A DNA stretch of 64,000 bases from NCBI GenBank assembly GCA_937900965.1, contig CALCGJ010000247.1, positions 752-64,751 of the forward strand, read 5' to 3'. Each line of letters opens with the position of its first letter. Positions within the stretch are counted from its first letter, which is position 1. The notes under the pieces were generated by a model. That model had not been told where the DNA came from and ran no database searches. It saw only the letters and a list, made by a program, of their open reading frames with translations. Of this stretch, positions 1-7,908 are shown piece after piece. The DNA is from an uncultured Bacteroidota bacterium (GTDB taxonomy: Bacteria > Bacteroidota > Bacteroidia > Bacteroidales > FEN-979). Position numbers and translations under genes: made by a program.

Positions 1-786
1 GCTTTGGCTATGACAGGAATTACATTCGGTCGAGAATTGTGCGGAAGCATGAGGCGGATTCGTAGTTTGATTGTACTCGTCCAGGTGGCAGCCTTCACAC
101 GTGTTTGGTGTATTTGCGTATCCATTCTGATGACATGCTGTACAGTTACCAGCAATAGTTGCATGCACCCCTTCGAGTGTATAATACTGATTGTGGTCAA
201 ACCCCGAACCCGTCCAGGTAAAACTGTTAACCGCATGACACTCCAGACAATTGGTCGAGAATCCGCCTTGCAAGTGACTTGGATTCGTTGTTGAATTGTA
301 ATCCTCAAGGTGGCAATCAATACACTCAACACCCAGCGTTTCGAACCTCAGCAAAGATGCCGATTTATGGCAACCGGAGCAATCGGAAGTGTAATGGGGT
401 CCAACCAGGGGAAACCGGGTCATCCTATGAATATCCGTGATGTTATCAACGATCCAGGAGGCTGGCGTATGGCATCTTCCGCAGTCGGGGCCAACCGTCT
501 GTTCATGAATATCAGTATGACATTCAAAACATTCCGTCTTTGCATCTGAGAAAACCAGGGAGACATGGCATAGTTGGCAGTCGATTACCTGGTGTTGTCC
601 AACCAGCGGCAATGCGGTGGAATTGTGATCAAAGGAGTAAATAGTTTTATCCAGTTTCCACCCTGCAGCACTGTGACACTGGTCGCAGGGAACATTAAAA
701 TCTTTCCCATGAGGGGAATCTGTTGCCAAAGTAGCTGAAATAAATACGATGGCAAACAATCCGATAATCAATGACAATGTTCGCAT
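1..786 (-). CDS. multihaem c-type cytochrome, N-terminal 262 codons (gene continues past the left edge)
   Basis: Absent from the ORF track because there is no stop inside the window. Minus-strand ATG at 786-784 is preceded by AGGAGA. Hand translation MRTLSLIIGLFAIVFISATLATDSPHGKDF... shows a signal peptide and 10 CXXCH motifs (CDQCH, CQLCH, CFECH, CGRCH, CSGCH, CIDCH, CLECH, CTACH, CEGCH, CNSCH). The frame is open to position 1 and overlaps the upstream gene by 19 nt. Confidence 0.85.
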   Translation of the reverse strand, partial: MRTLSLIIGLFAIVFISATLATDSPHGKDFNVPCDQCHSAAGWKLDKTIYSFDHNSTALPLVGQHQVIDCQLCHVSLVFSDAKTECFECHTDIHEQTVGPDCGRCHTPASWIVDNITDIHRMTRFPLVGPHYTSDCSGCHKSASLLRFETLGVECIDCHLEDYNSTTNPSHLQGGFSTNCLECHAVNSFTWTGSGFDHNQYYTLEGVHATIAGNCTACHQNGYANTPNTCEGCHLDEYNQTTNPPHASAQFSTECNSCHSQS

Positions 787-2357
787 CTTGTGTCTCCTAT
801 TTTATATAAAACGTATGTATTCTCTCCCTTTTGAACAGGTTTATGGCATTGTGTGCAAGTAAGGTTTTCGTGTTTTCCGTCTAATTTGAACGCGGTAAGG
901 TTGTGATTGAATTGCGTGATCTTCCATTTGTTCGGTTCATGACAGCGCAGGCAATTGATCTTTCCTTCCACTTCAAACTGCCCGTAGTGAATATCGGTAT
1001 GGCATGTTGTACACTGGGAGGAGAGCTCTGAAAAGACCTGGTATTCAACCCCGGCTTTATCCGTTTTAAAATGACATGTCCGGCAGGTTTGCTGAGCATG
1101 AGCACCTGCAAGTGCAAATTGAGTAGTAGAGTGATCAAATGCAATCACATTCCATTGCGTCTCCTGATGGCAACGGCGGCAGTCATTCTCCGGGTAGTAC
1201 TCTTTGCTGAGGAAAGGTTCATGGATATTGGTATGGCAATCGGTGCATTTGGTTCCTATATTCCTGAAATTCCATGTCTCACTCTTCTTGTGGCACACAA
1301 AGCAAGGTGTGGCAAGATGTGCTCCATCCAGTTTGAATGCTCCTTCATTGTGTCGTTCAATCGTAAACGATGAGCCGGGAAACCCTTTTGTTGTATGGCA
1401 ATCAGCACAACTTTGCACATACCCTTGTTTCATAAAATCCCCTGCATGGTAATCGGTATGGCAGTCTGTACACTTTTCATGCTTCAGGGGATCTGTGAGG
1501 TTCCGCTTATGACATGAACTGCAGGTCAGACCTGAATGTTTATTTTCAAGAATGAAGCCTGTCCTGGAGTGGTCAAAACCCGCCATACCCTTGATATTAT
1601 GGAACGATTCCGTTGAATGGCAATCAGTACACTTTTGTCCGAATTTGCCCTGATGCGGTTCTGTGTGGCAGCTGGTACAATTTGCGTGTTTCTTGCCTGC
1701 AAACTCCTGAAATTCAACACCATTCTTTGAAACCTTTGGATGGCATTCAGTACATGCCACACGCTGATGTTTACCCGTCAGGGGGAATTTCGTGTTATCG
1801 TGGTCGAATTTTGTTGTAGGTTTAAAGGAGTTAATCCCATGACAATCAGTACAGGTTGAGGGAAGTGTTGTCTGATGGTAATCCACATGACATCCAAGAC
1901 ATTCGGGACTCAAGCCAAGGTAGGTGAATTTCTTTTTCCGGATAGCCTCGTCGGCTATGTTTGCAGTTTTATGGCAATCGGAACAGTTTTTTTTGGTGTG
2001 AGCTCCTTTGATCTCATATCCTGTGAGGTTGTGATCGAATGTTTCTGTGTTGAAACGAACGATCTCGAATTTCCTTCCGTGATGGTCGCTGTGACAGGAG
2101 ACACAGTCCCTGCCCCTCATTTTGAGTGAAGAGTGATACCCTTTCCTTGCTTCAATCCTGGTTTTCAGCTCAGTATGACACGCCAGACATTTTTCATTTG
2201 TCACCTTAGCCCCTAATGTGTGGCATTGGGTGCAGTTTGAGATCCCTTCAAGGTGTGCATGAACCTCTGCAAGGTCGCCCGGAGATATTTGAGCCACAGC
2301 AGTTCCAAAGAACCATCCGGGCAGCATCATCAACATCCATGCAAGCTTTCTGTTCAT
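768..2357 (-). CDS. multihaem c-type cytochrome, 20 CXXCH motifs, poly-c7-like
   Basis: 529 aa with a signal peptide (MLMMLPGWFFGTAVAQ). I counted 20 CXXCH motifs in the track translation. Modules of the form F-[DN]-H-x(8-12)-G-x-H-x(4-6)-CXXCH recur. Confidence 0.9.
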   Translation of the reverse strand: MNRKLAWMLMMLPGWFFGTAVAQISPGDLAEVHAHLEGISNCTQCHTLGAKVTNEKCLACHTELKTRIEARKGYHSSLKMRGRDCVSCHSDHHGRKFEIVRFNTETFDHNLTGYEIKGAHTKKNCSDCHKTANIADEAIRKKKFTYLGLSPECLGCHVDYHQTTLPSTCTDCHGINSFKPTTKFDHDNTKFPLTGKHQRVACTECHPKVSKNGVEFQEFAGKKHANCTSCHTEPHQGKFGQKCTDCHSTESFHNIKGMAGFDHSRTGFILENKHSGLTCSSCHKRNLTDPLKHEKCTDCHTDYHAGDFMKQGYVQSCADCHTTKGFPGSSFTIERHNEGAFKLDGAHLATPCFVCHKKSETWNFRNIGTKCTDCHTNIHEPFLSKEYYPENDCRRCHQETQWNVIAFDHSTTQFALAGAHAQQTCRTCHFKTDKAGVEYQVFSELSSQCTTCHTDIHYGQFEVEGKINCLRCHEPNKWKITQFNHNLTAFKLDGKHENLTCTQCHKPVQKGENTYVLYKIGDTRCEHCH

Positions 2358-2385
2358 ATGTATTTTCCCAACTCCTTCAACAACA

Positions 2386-3738
2386 TTAATTATGCTTCAA
2401 AATAGCTTCACCAAATTTTTTGGTTATCAAGATACCAATTTTTTGCAAAAACTGGGTTGGCAGCTCCCCTCCTGCAAAGATAAATACTCTGTCATTCAGT
2501 ATTTTTTCAGGCTTCCCATCACTGGCTGTAGAAATCAAAACGACGGCATCCTCTTCTATAGATGTGAGCTGGGTGTTAAAACGGACTACAACTTTTCCGG
2601 ATGCTTCCGCTTCTTCGATCCTCTCCCTGTTTTGCGGTTTGATACGGCTGAACGCATCACTACGGTATGACAGTATAACTTCGTTCTGATCGGCAAGAAG
2701 GATAGCCGATTCAATCGCTGAATCACCCCCTCCTACCACAAAGATTTTTTCTCCCGAGATTCCTTCCGGTTCCAGTAGACGGTACGCTACCTTTTCCATA
2801 GTTTCTCCAGGGATCCCCAGTTTTCTTGGAGTTCCGCGTCTGCCAATGGCGAGTAAAACCTGCCTGGAAGTATACTGGTCGCCCGTCAGTGTTTGGACTT
2901 TGAAGATGCCATCTTCAGGAACAATGGATTCTACTTTAGAATTTTCTTTGATAGAGATGTCGTTTTTCTGGAAAACATCATGCCATAGGTCCAGGAGCTC
3001 TGTTTTAGTAGTTTCCCGAAGCTTCAGCTTACCATAGAGAGGGAGCTCCATCGGCGAGGTCATTACGATCTTTTTCCGGGGAAAAGTATAGACAGTCCCA
3101 CCGAGCGTGTCCTGTTCGAGGGTGAGGCAATTCATCTGGTGTTTTTTTGCTGTAAGTGTTGCCGAAATCCCTGCAGGGCCTGCTCCGATCACAATCAGGT
3201 CGTAATCAGCTTTATGCGCCTTTTTTCCAGCCTTAACCAGGTTTTCAACAGCCTGACGTCCCTGTTCCACTGCATTTCTGATCAGTCCCATGCCTCCCAA
3301 TTCTCCTGCTATATATATACCCGGAACATTCGTTTCGAATGTATGGTTCACATGTGGCAGGTCAACACCCCTCTTTTCGGTACCGATACAGAGAGAGATG
3401 GCTTCCGTAGGGCATGCGTGGAAGCAGGCTCCATGTCCAATGCAGTGTGATGCATTAATGGTGGTCGCTTTTCCGTTTCTGATACCCAGGATATCCTTTT
3501 CGGGGCAGGCCGAGATACAAGCTCCTGTTTGGATGCATTTGTTCGGGTCAACCACCGGATGTAACGAGACTGGCTCATAAAGCCCGTCCTGCTTGGCTTT
3601 AAGGATCTTCTCCTCCACCTTCTTTGAGTTCCTTTTTTGACGTCTGAGATAAAGCACTACAACCACCAGGCAAAAAATGATGACCAGGGAATAGATTAAG
3701 ATCTCTTCAAGTAGTTTTTCCATCGTTAAAGAATCCAT
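2386..3738 (-). CDS. membrane-anchored ferredoxin-domain / FAD-NAD(P) pyridine-nucleotide-disulfide-type oxidoreductase
   Basis: 450 aa with an N-terminal TM helix. Two ferredoxin-like motifs are present (CIQTGACISACP, CIGHGACFHACP). Two Rossmann dinucleotide motifs are present (VIGAGPAG, VVGGGDSA). Confidence 0.8.
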   Translation of the reverse strand: MDSLTMEKLLEEILIYSLVIIFCLVVVVLYLRRQKRNSKKVEEKILKAKQDGLYEPVSLHPVVDPNKCIQTGACISACPEKDILGIRNGKATTINASHCIGHGACFHACPTEAISLCIGTEKRGVDLPHVNHTFETNVPGIYIAGELGGMGLIRNAVEQGRQAVENLVKAGKKAHKADYDLIVIGAGPAGISATLTAKKHQMNCLTLEQDTLGGTVYTFPRKKIVMTSPMELPLYGKLKLRETTKTELLDLWHDVFQKNDISIKENSKVESIVPEDGIFKVQTLTGDQYTSRQVLLAIGRRGTPRKLGIPGETMEKVAYRLLEPEGISGEKIFVVGGGDSAIESAILLADQNEVILSYRSDAFSRIKPQNRERIEEAEASGKVVVRFNTQLTSIEEDAVVLISTASDGKPEKILNDRVFIFAGGELPTQFLQKIGILITKKFGEAILKHN

Positions 3739-4592
3739 CTGTAACCCAGCACAATAGTGACAGCCACATGAATGACCATGATCACAAGCATCACAATAGC
3801 AAAGGGAAAATGAGCTACATGCCAGTATTTAAACAGGTTCTGCATTGTTTGGAGCCGCTCGATCCTGCGGTTGAGCGTAAGCTCATGCTTTACCAGGTTT
3901 ATAACATTCTTTCGTTCCTGCCGGTTCAGCTTATTCCTTTTTAAAACGGCCCTGACTTTTCTGATCGCATTCAATCTCTCCGACATGCCACTGAAGATTT
4001 GTGTGAACAGATTACTTTGGTAAATCCTGACCTTCTTCTTCGTGGAGTCAATCAAGATGTTCAGGCTCTCTTCATCCAGGTTATAAGAACCTGTAAGGAC
4101 AGTTCCAATATTGGTTTTCATATCCTGGACTTCAGCAAGGCTCAACTCCCTGCCCTCAATGGATCTGGGAATCTGAATGTAGATGAACCTGCCAATGATG
4201 CCGCTGAGAAATACGGCTACCATACTCCAGAAACTAATAGCGACAATTCCACCAAATTTAAAAGATGTATGAAACAGGATCAAAATCGGGCCCAGCGTAC
4301 AGAGGAAGATATGAAACTCCAGCCAGTGTTTCAGCAACCCCCAATGCGACATAAAACGAACGCGTTTTCTGGCCACGTAGATCAGGATTCCGAAAATTAT
4401 ACAAAAAGTTCCTACGATACCAAATCCATGACCAAAAACACCTCCGGGCTTCAGTGAAACATGCCCTTCATGAAAAAATCGTTCCTCTTGCGGTAGTAAA
4501 TAATAGGAAAATCCCAGATAGGCAAGCAGCACCAGAGTAACAAGGACTCCCGTAACAAGCAAATAGATATAAATTCTGTGACCTGAAAACAT
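3726..4592 (-). CDS. integral membrane protein, about 5 TM helices, possible haem-b or quinone-side anchor (function inferred only)
   Basis: 288 aa with hydrophobic helices carrying conserved-looking His residues (FGHGFG, WLEFHIFL..LFH, WHVAHF..VIHV). A basic coiled loop of about 100 aa is present. It overlaps the downstream flavoprotein gene by 13 nt. Confidence 0.6.
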   Translation of the reverse strand: MFSGHRIYIYLLVTGVLVTLVLLAYLGFSYYLLPQEERFFHEGHVSLKPGGVFGHGFGIVGTFCIIFGILIYVARKRVRFMSHWGLLKHWLEFHIFLCTLGPILILFHTSFKFGGIVAISFWSMVAVFLSGIIGRFIYIQIPRSIEGRELSLAEVQDMKTNIGTVLTGSYNLDEESLNILIDSTKKKVRIYQSNLFTQIFSGMSERLNAIRKVRAVLKRNKLNRQERKNVINLVKHELTLNRRIERLQTMQNLFKYWHVAHFPFAIVMLVIMVIHVAVTIVLGYRWIL

Positions 4593-4624
4593 AGTTAAGT
4601 ATAGGGGTGGAAAGAGTAAATTGT

Positions 4625-4632
4625 TAACTTTG
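4625..4632 (+). promoter_or_regulatory. Bacteroidota -7 box TAACTTTG (TAnnTTTG)
   Basis: Perfect match to TAnnTTTG, ending 26 nt upstream of the ATG at 4659, in a divergent intergenic region. Confidence 0.5.
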
Positions 4633-4651
4633 CGACCAGAAAACCAAAAAA

Positions 4652-4659
4652 CAAATATA
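4652..4659 (-). promoter_or_regulatory. Bacteroidota -7 box TATATTTG on the minus strand
   Basis: Plus-strand CAAATATA at 4652-4659 is TATATTTG on the minus strand, about 60 nt upstream of the minus-strand start at 4592. Confidence 0.4.
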
Positions 4660-5363
4660 TGAAATCCGATATTAAATTATACGTATTATTTATTGGTGTT
4701 ATTGCACTGATGAGTGCTTGTCAGTCAAATTCCAAAAAAGTAAAAGATTTAGCCTCCAATGCACATCAGGTAGTTGCAGAGGAGATAATCCAGACCAGTA
4801 ACTATACCTATGTACTTGTTTCCGAGGATGAAAGAGGGTATTGGATAGCCATCGACAGGGCTGATGTTAAAGAGGAAGGAACCTATTTCTGGTCAACTGG
4901 TACCGAGATGACCAATTTCACAAGCAGGGAGTTAGAGCGGACATTCCCGAGTATTTTCTTTGTTCAGGATTTTACAGATCAACCCATTCTCGAGGGTGAG
5001 GAGTCGACTTCCGCAATTATGGGAAGCAAACCACAAATCAAGGAACTTGAAGGACTTGATATTCCTAAGGCAGAAGGTGGTATCACATTAGCAGAATTAT
5101 TTGCCAACCCGGGTAACTATGCAGGAAAAACCGTTATAATTAACGGTGAGGTTGTCAAATTCCTTCCTGAAATCATGGACCTTAATTGGATTCATCTTCA
5201 GGATGGAACCAAAGATGGTGAGAATTTTGACCTGACAATTACAACTAAGGCAATCGTCAACGTTGGCGAAGTGGTGACATTCGAAGGAATAATAGCTGTT
5301 GATAAGGATTTCGGGGCAGGCTATTTCTACAATGTGATCATGGAGGATGCTGTTGTAAAGTAA
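4659..5363 (+). CDS. lipoprotein of unknown function
   Basis: 234 aa with a signal peptide and lipobox (ALMSAC). The C-terminal part (GKTVIINGEVVKF..NWIHLQDGT..FDLTITT..VTFEG) resembles a conserved hypothetical Bacteroidota family. No catalytic motif was recognised. Confidence 0.7.
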   Translation: MKSDIKLYVLFIGVIALMSACQSNSKKVKDLASNAHQVVAEEIIQTSNYTYVLVSEDERGYWIAIDRADVKEEGTYFWSTGTEMTNFTSRELERTFPSIFFVQDFTDQPILEGEESTSAIMGSKPQIKELEGLDIPKAEGGITLAELFANPGNYAGKTVIINGEVVKFLPEIMDLNWIHLQDGTKDGENFDLTITTKAIVNVGEVVTFEGIIAVDKDFGAGYFYNVIMEDAVVK

Positions 5364-5402
5364 CTGGTGAACTGGTGAACTGGTGAACTGGCGAACTAGC
5401 GA
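5363..5402. repeat. octamer tandem repeat, ACTGGTGA x3 plus ACTGGCGA and ACTAGCGA
   Basis: Read directly from the sequence. Five in-phase 8-nt units start on the last base of the TAA stop (5361-5363). Confidence 0.95.
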
Positions 5403-5423
5403 GTGAAGAGTTTCTTCCTGAAT

Positions 5424-6398
5424 ATGAAGTATATTCGTTTCGTTTTCTGCCTTCTTTTTGTAGTGAACCTTTCCTGCAAAAAAAACGATATTCCAGACCT
5501 GGATTTCCGACAGGAAATGAGGAGATTTATTGAAAACATATCTGGTTATGCCAGAACCATTTCTCCTGATTTTATTGTGATCCCTCAAAACGGACAGGAG
5601 TTGATCACCCTCAACGGAGAATCTTCCGGACCTCTGGCATCCAACTATTTGCAAACAATTAACGGGCAGGGACGAGAGGATCTATTCTATGGCTATAATG
5701 GTGACGGAATCCCAACTCCTGCTGAGGAACGACTCTATATTGAGGGATTCCTCGACCGTATCAAAACGGAAGGAAAGGCAATTCTGGTAACAGATTATTG
5801 TTCCGATCATCCGGATATGCTGGATTCCTATCTTCAGAATAGAGAAAAAGGGTTCATATCGTTTTCAGCGGATCACAGGGATCTGGATCATATCCCTGCC
5901 TATCCAGCCCCTATATTCAATGATAACAATGATAAAATCTTCTCTCTGGAACAGGCAAAGAATTTCCTTTACATGCTGAACCCGGGAATGTTTGCAACGA
6001 AATATCACTTTCTGGACTCGCTCATTACAACCAATTATGATATCCTGATCATCGACCTCTTTTTCGATAAGGATACACAACTCTCCCTGGAAGATGTCTC
6101 TTCACTTAAAACAAAATCCACCGGGGGGAACCGGCTTGTCATCTGTTACCTGAGTATCGGGGAGGCCGAAAACTACCGCTATTACTGGCAACCGGGGTGG
6201 GAATTTGCCAGCCCGGTCTGGCTGGATAAAGCAAATCCAAACTGGCCGGGAAACTACAAAGTACGGTACTGGGACTCTCAATGGCAAGCTATTATCTATG
6301 GGAACGACAATTCCTACATGAAACGGATCATCGATGCGGGATTTGACGGAGTTTACCTGGATATTGTGGATGCTTTCGAGTATTACTCTGAGAATTAA
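5424..6398 (+). CDS. GH114 / TM1410-like glycoside hydrolase (endo-alpha-1,4-polygalactosaminidase-like), lipoprotein
   Basis: I chose the ATG at 5424. The track start at 5403 is a GTG next to the repeat. The signal peptide ends VNLSC. Motifs YLSIGEAENYRYYW, NWPGNYKVRYW and GFDGVYLDIVDAFEY match my recollection of the GH114 family. Confidence 0.6.
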   Translation: MKYIRFVFCLLFVVNLSCKKNDIPDLDFRQEMRRFIENISGYARTISPDFIVIPQNGQELITLNGESSGPLASNYLQTINGQGREDLFYGYNGDGIPTPAEERLYIEGFLDRIKTEGKAILVTDYCSDHPDMLDSYLQNREKGFISFSADHRDLDHIPAYPAPIFNDNNDKIFSLEQAKNFLYMLNPGMFATKYHFLDSLITTNYDILIIDLFFDKDTQLSLEDVSSLKTKSTGGNRLVICYLSIGEAENYRYYWQPGWEFASPVWLDKANPNWPGNYKVRYWDSQWQAIIYGNDNSYMKRIIDAGFDGVYLDIVDAFEYYSEN

Positions 6399-6417
6399 CA
6401 CTTTAACTTGTTCTTCC

Positions 6418-6963
6418 ATGAAAGGCGGGCAGCGGGCTGTTAACAGTTCTCGTGTTGGGTTCTGCATGTATAAAATCGATTACCTTTGTTCAATGCGTTC
6501 CGTTCATCAACTTGACAAAGCTTTTGGGCCAGGTGGATCCTTTGCAGGAATCATCCTGGTTATCATTGGATTCATCCTTGTTCCATTTTACTGGACTGCA
6601 TCCATCCTGATCCTGCTAGGTGCTTTTACCGGATTTTCGGGGAGTGGCTGTGAGGTTGATACGGATAGACGGAGGGTCCGCCCATGCTACCTGATTTTTG
6701 GTCTCTTTAAGTCTGGTACCTGGATTGAGACAGATCGGTTTCATGGGATTCGGGTTGTTCTGACCAAAAGTTCCTACCGGACCTTCAGCCTGAGTAACAG
6801 GGCAATGTATACCACACATGAAGATTACCGTGTAGTCCTTGAAGCTGGGACGCCCCAATCCAGGGTCGAGGTGATGAAAAGCTCAACCAGGGAAGAGGCT
6901 CTTTCGAAAGCTGAAGAACTGGCTAAACAGCTGGGGATGAATGTGCTTGATCCTAGATCCTAG
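6418..6963 (+). CDS. small membrane protein (2 TM plus soluble C-terminal domain), unknown function
   Basis: The ORF track starts this ORF at 6334, which overlaps the previous gene. The first non-overlapping ATG is at 6418, with alternatives at 6466 and 6493. TM segments are FAGIILVIIGFILVPFYW and ASILILLGAFTGF. The last two codons and the stop lie inside a heptamer array. Confidence 0.5.
   Translation: MKGGQRAVNSSRVGFCMYKIDYLCSMRSVHQLDKAFGPGGSFAGIILVIIGFILVPFYWTASILILLGAFTGFSGSGCEVDTDRRRVRPCYLIFGLFKSGTWIETDRFHGIRVVLTKSSYRTFSLSNRAMYTTHEDYRVVLEAGTPQSRVEVMKSSTREEALSKAEELAKQLGMNVLDPRS
6481..6488 (+). promoter_or_regulatory. TAnnTTTG box (TACCTTTG)
   Basis: Perfect motif ending 4 nt before the in-frame ATG at 6493. 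If it is used, that ATG is the start of a leaderless mRNA. Confidence 0.3.
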
Positions 6964-7060
6964 TTCCAGGATCCAGGATCCAGGATCCAGGATCCAGGAT
7001 CCAGGATGCCGGATACCTGATAAGGGATATGCGATTTGCGATAAACGATACGCGAATGTA
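6949..7060. repeat. heptamer tandem array, 16 in-phase units (GATCCTA x2, GTTCCAG, GATCCAG x5, then decaying GATnnnn units)
   Basis: Read directly from the sequence. Phase is kept for 112 nt and the perfect core lies at 6970-7004. The array contains the TAG stop at 6961-6963. It is followed by an inverted repeat GCCGCAAT/ATTGCGGC at 7063-7080. Confidence 0.95.
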
Positions 7061-7082
7061 CAGCCGCAATTTATTGCGGCTC

Positions 7083-7124
7083 AAACCAGAAACCAGCAAC
7101 CAGTACTTTGAACCTTGAACCTCA
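7083..7124. repeat. heptamer tandem array AAACCAG AAACCAG CAACCAG TACTTTG AACCTTG AACCTCA
   Basis: Read directly from the sequence. Six in-phase 7-nt units are present. The only candidate start codon of the next CDS (TTG at 7108) lies in unit 4. Confidence 0.85.
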
Positions 7125-7908
7125 AGCTCCGACCCTGATCACCTGCACACCAGGCCCGTCCTATTTTGGGGTCGCTGATCTGCATAGCCATCATATTTCT
7201 GAGGTTCCAGACGAAAAAAGGACTGTTAATCAGCATCAATTGCTGGTCCAAACAATAGAACAAGCTGGAACGAAAGCAGTTAACCTTCAGGAGTTACAAG
7301 GTCATCCCAACTCAGTTTTCACTAAGGATACTGCGGTTTGTACACCTAAAGGGTTCATCCGCGTCAGAATGGGACTCCCCTCCAGGGAAAGCGAAGAAAT
7401 TTGGATGGCAGAATCTCTGGAAAGGATTGGAATCCCATGTATCGGAGTTATCGAAGCACCAGGGACCGTTGAAGGCGGAGACGTCATTCTGGCAAACGAC
7501 GTTGCATTTATCGGACAATCCTCCAGGACAAATTCAGCTGGATTACAACAACTTAGCCTCCTGTTGAGTTCACATGGATATGAAATCAGGACAACCTTAG
7601 TTCCTTCACTTTTCCTCCACCTCGGAGGAGCTATGACCCTCTTAACACCAGATACAATCCTGTGCGTTAATGGTCTCCTTCCGGAATGGATGTTCAAGGG
7701 GTTTCAACGTATCGAGGTGCCACATACCGGTTTTATCAGTGGGAATGTGATCCCCCTTGGCGAAAGGCAGGTTATAGCAGATCAATCCAATACGGCGGCG
7801 ATCAAGGCCCTTCAGCATCATGGATTCACGGTCTATCCCCTCGATCTTTCAGAGTTTGTCAAAGGCACAGGTGGTCCCAGCTGCATGATTTTGCAGGCGA
7901 TAGATTAG
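7108..7908 (+). CDS. dimethylarginine dimethylaminohydrolase (DDAH) / amidinotransferase-superfamily enzyme
   Basis: 266 aa. IEAPGTVEGGDVILANDVAFIGQSSRTNSAG, HLGGAMT and the C-terminal GGPSCM (catalytic Cys) align closely with bacterial DDAH as I recall it. The start is TTG. There is no in-frame ATG or GTG back to the TAA at 7042. Confidence 0.8.
   Translation: MNLEPQAPTLITCTPGPSYFGVADLHSHHISEVPDEKRTVNQHQLLVQTIEQAGTKAVNLQELQGHPNSVFTKDTAVCTPKGFIRVRMGLPSRESEEIWMAESLERIGIPCIGVIEAPGTVEGGDVILANDVAFIGQSSRTNSAGLQQLSLLLSSHGYEIRTTLVPSLFLHLGGAMTLLTPDTILCVNGLLPEWMFKGFQRIEVPHTGFISGNVIPLGERQVIADQSNTAAIKALQHHGFTVYPLDLSEFVKGTGGPSCMILQAID

Noticed and set aside
4-549. Plus-strand ORFs 4-294 and 310-549 from the track
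   Set aside because: They are Cys/His-poor antisense shadows of the minus-strand multihaem cytochrome gene. That gene reads through this region with 10 CXXCH motifs.
6334-6417. ORF-track start at 6334 for the small membrane protein
   Set aside because: It would overlap the GH114-like gene by 65 nt. Downstream in-frame ATGs at 6418, 6466 and 6493 are more plausible.
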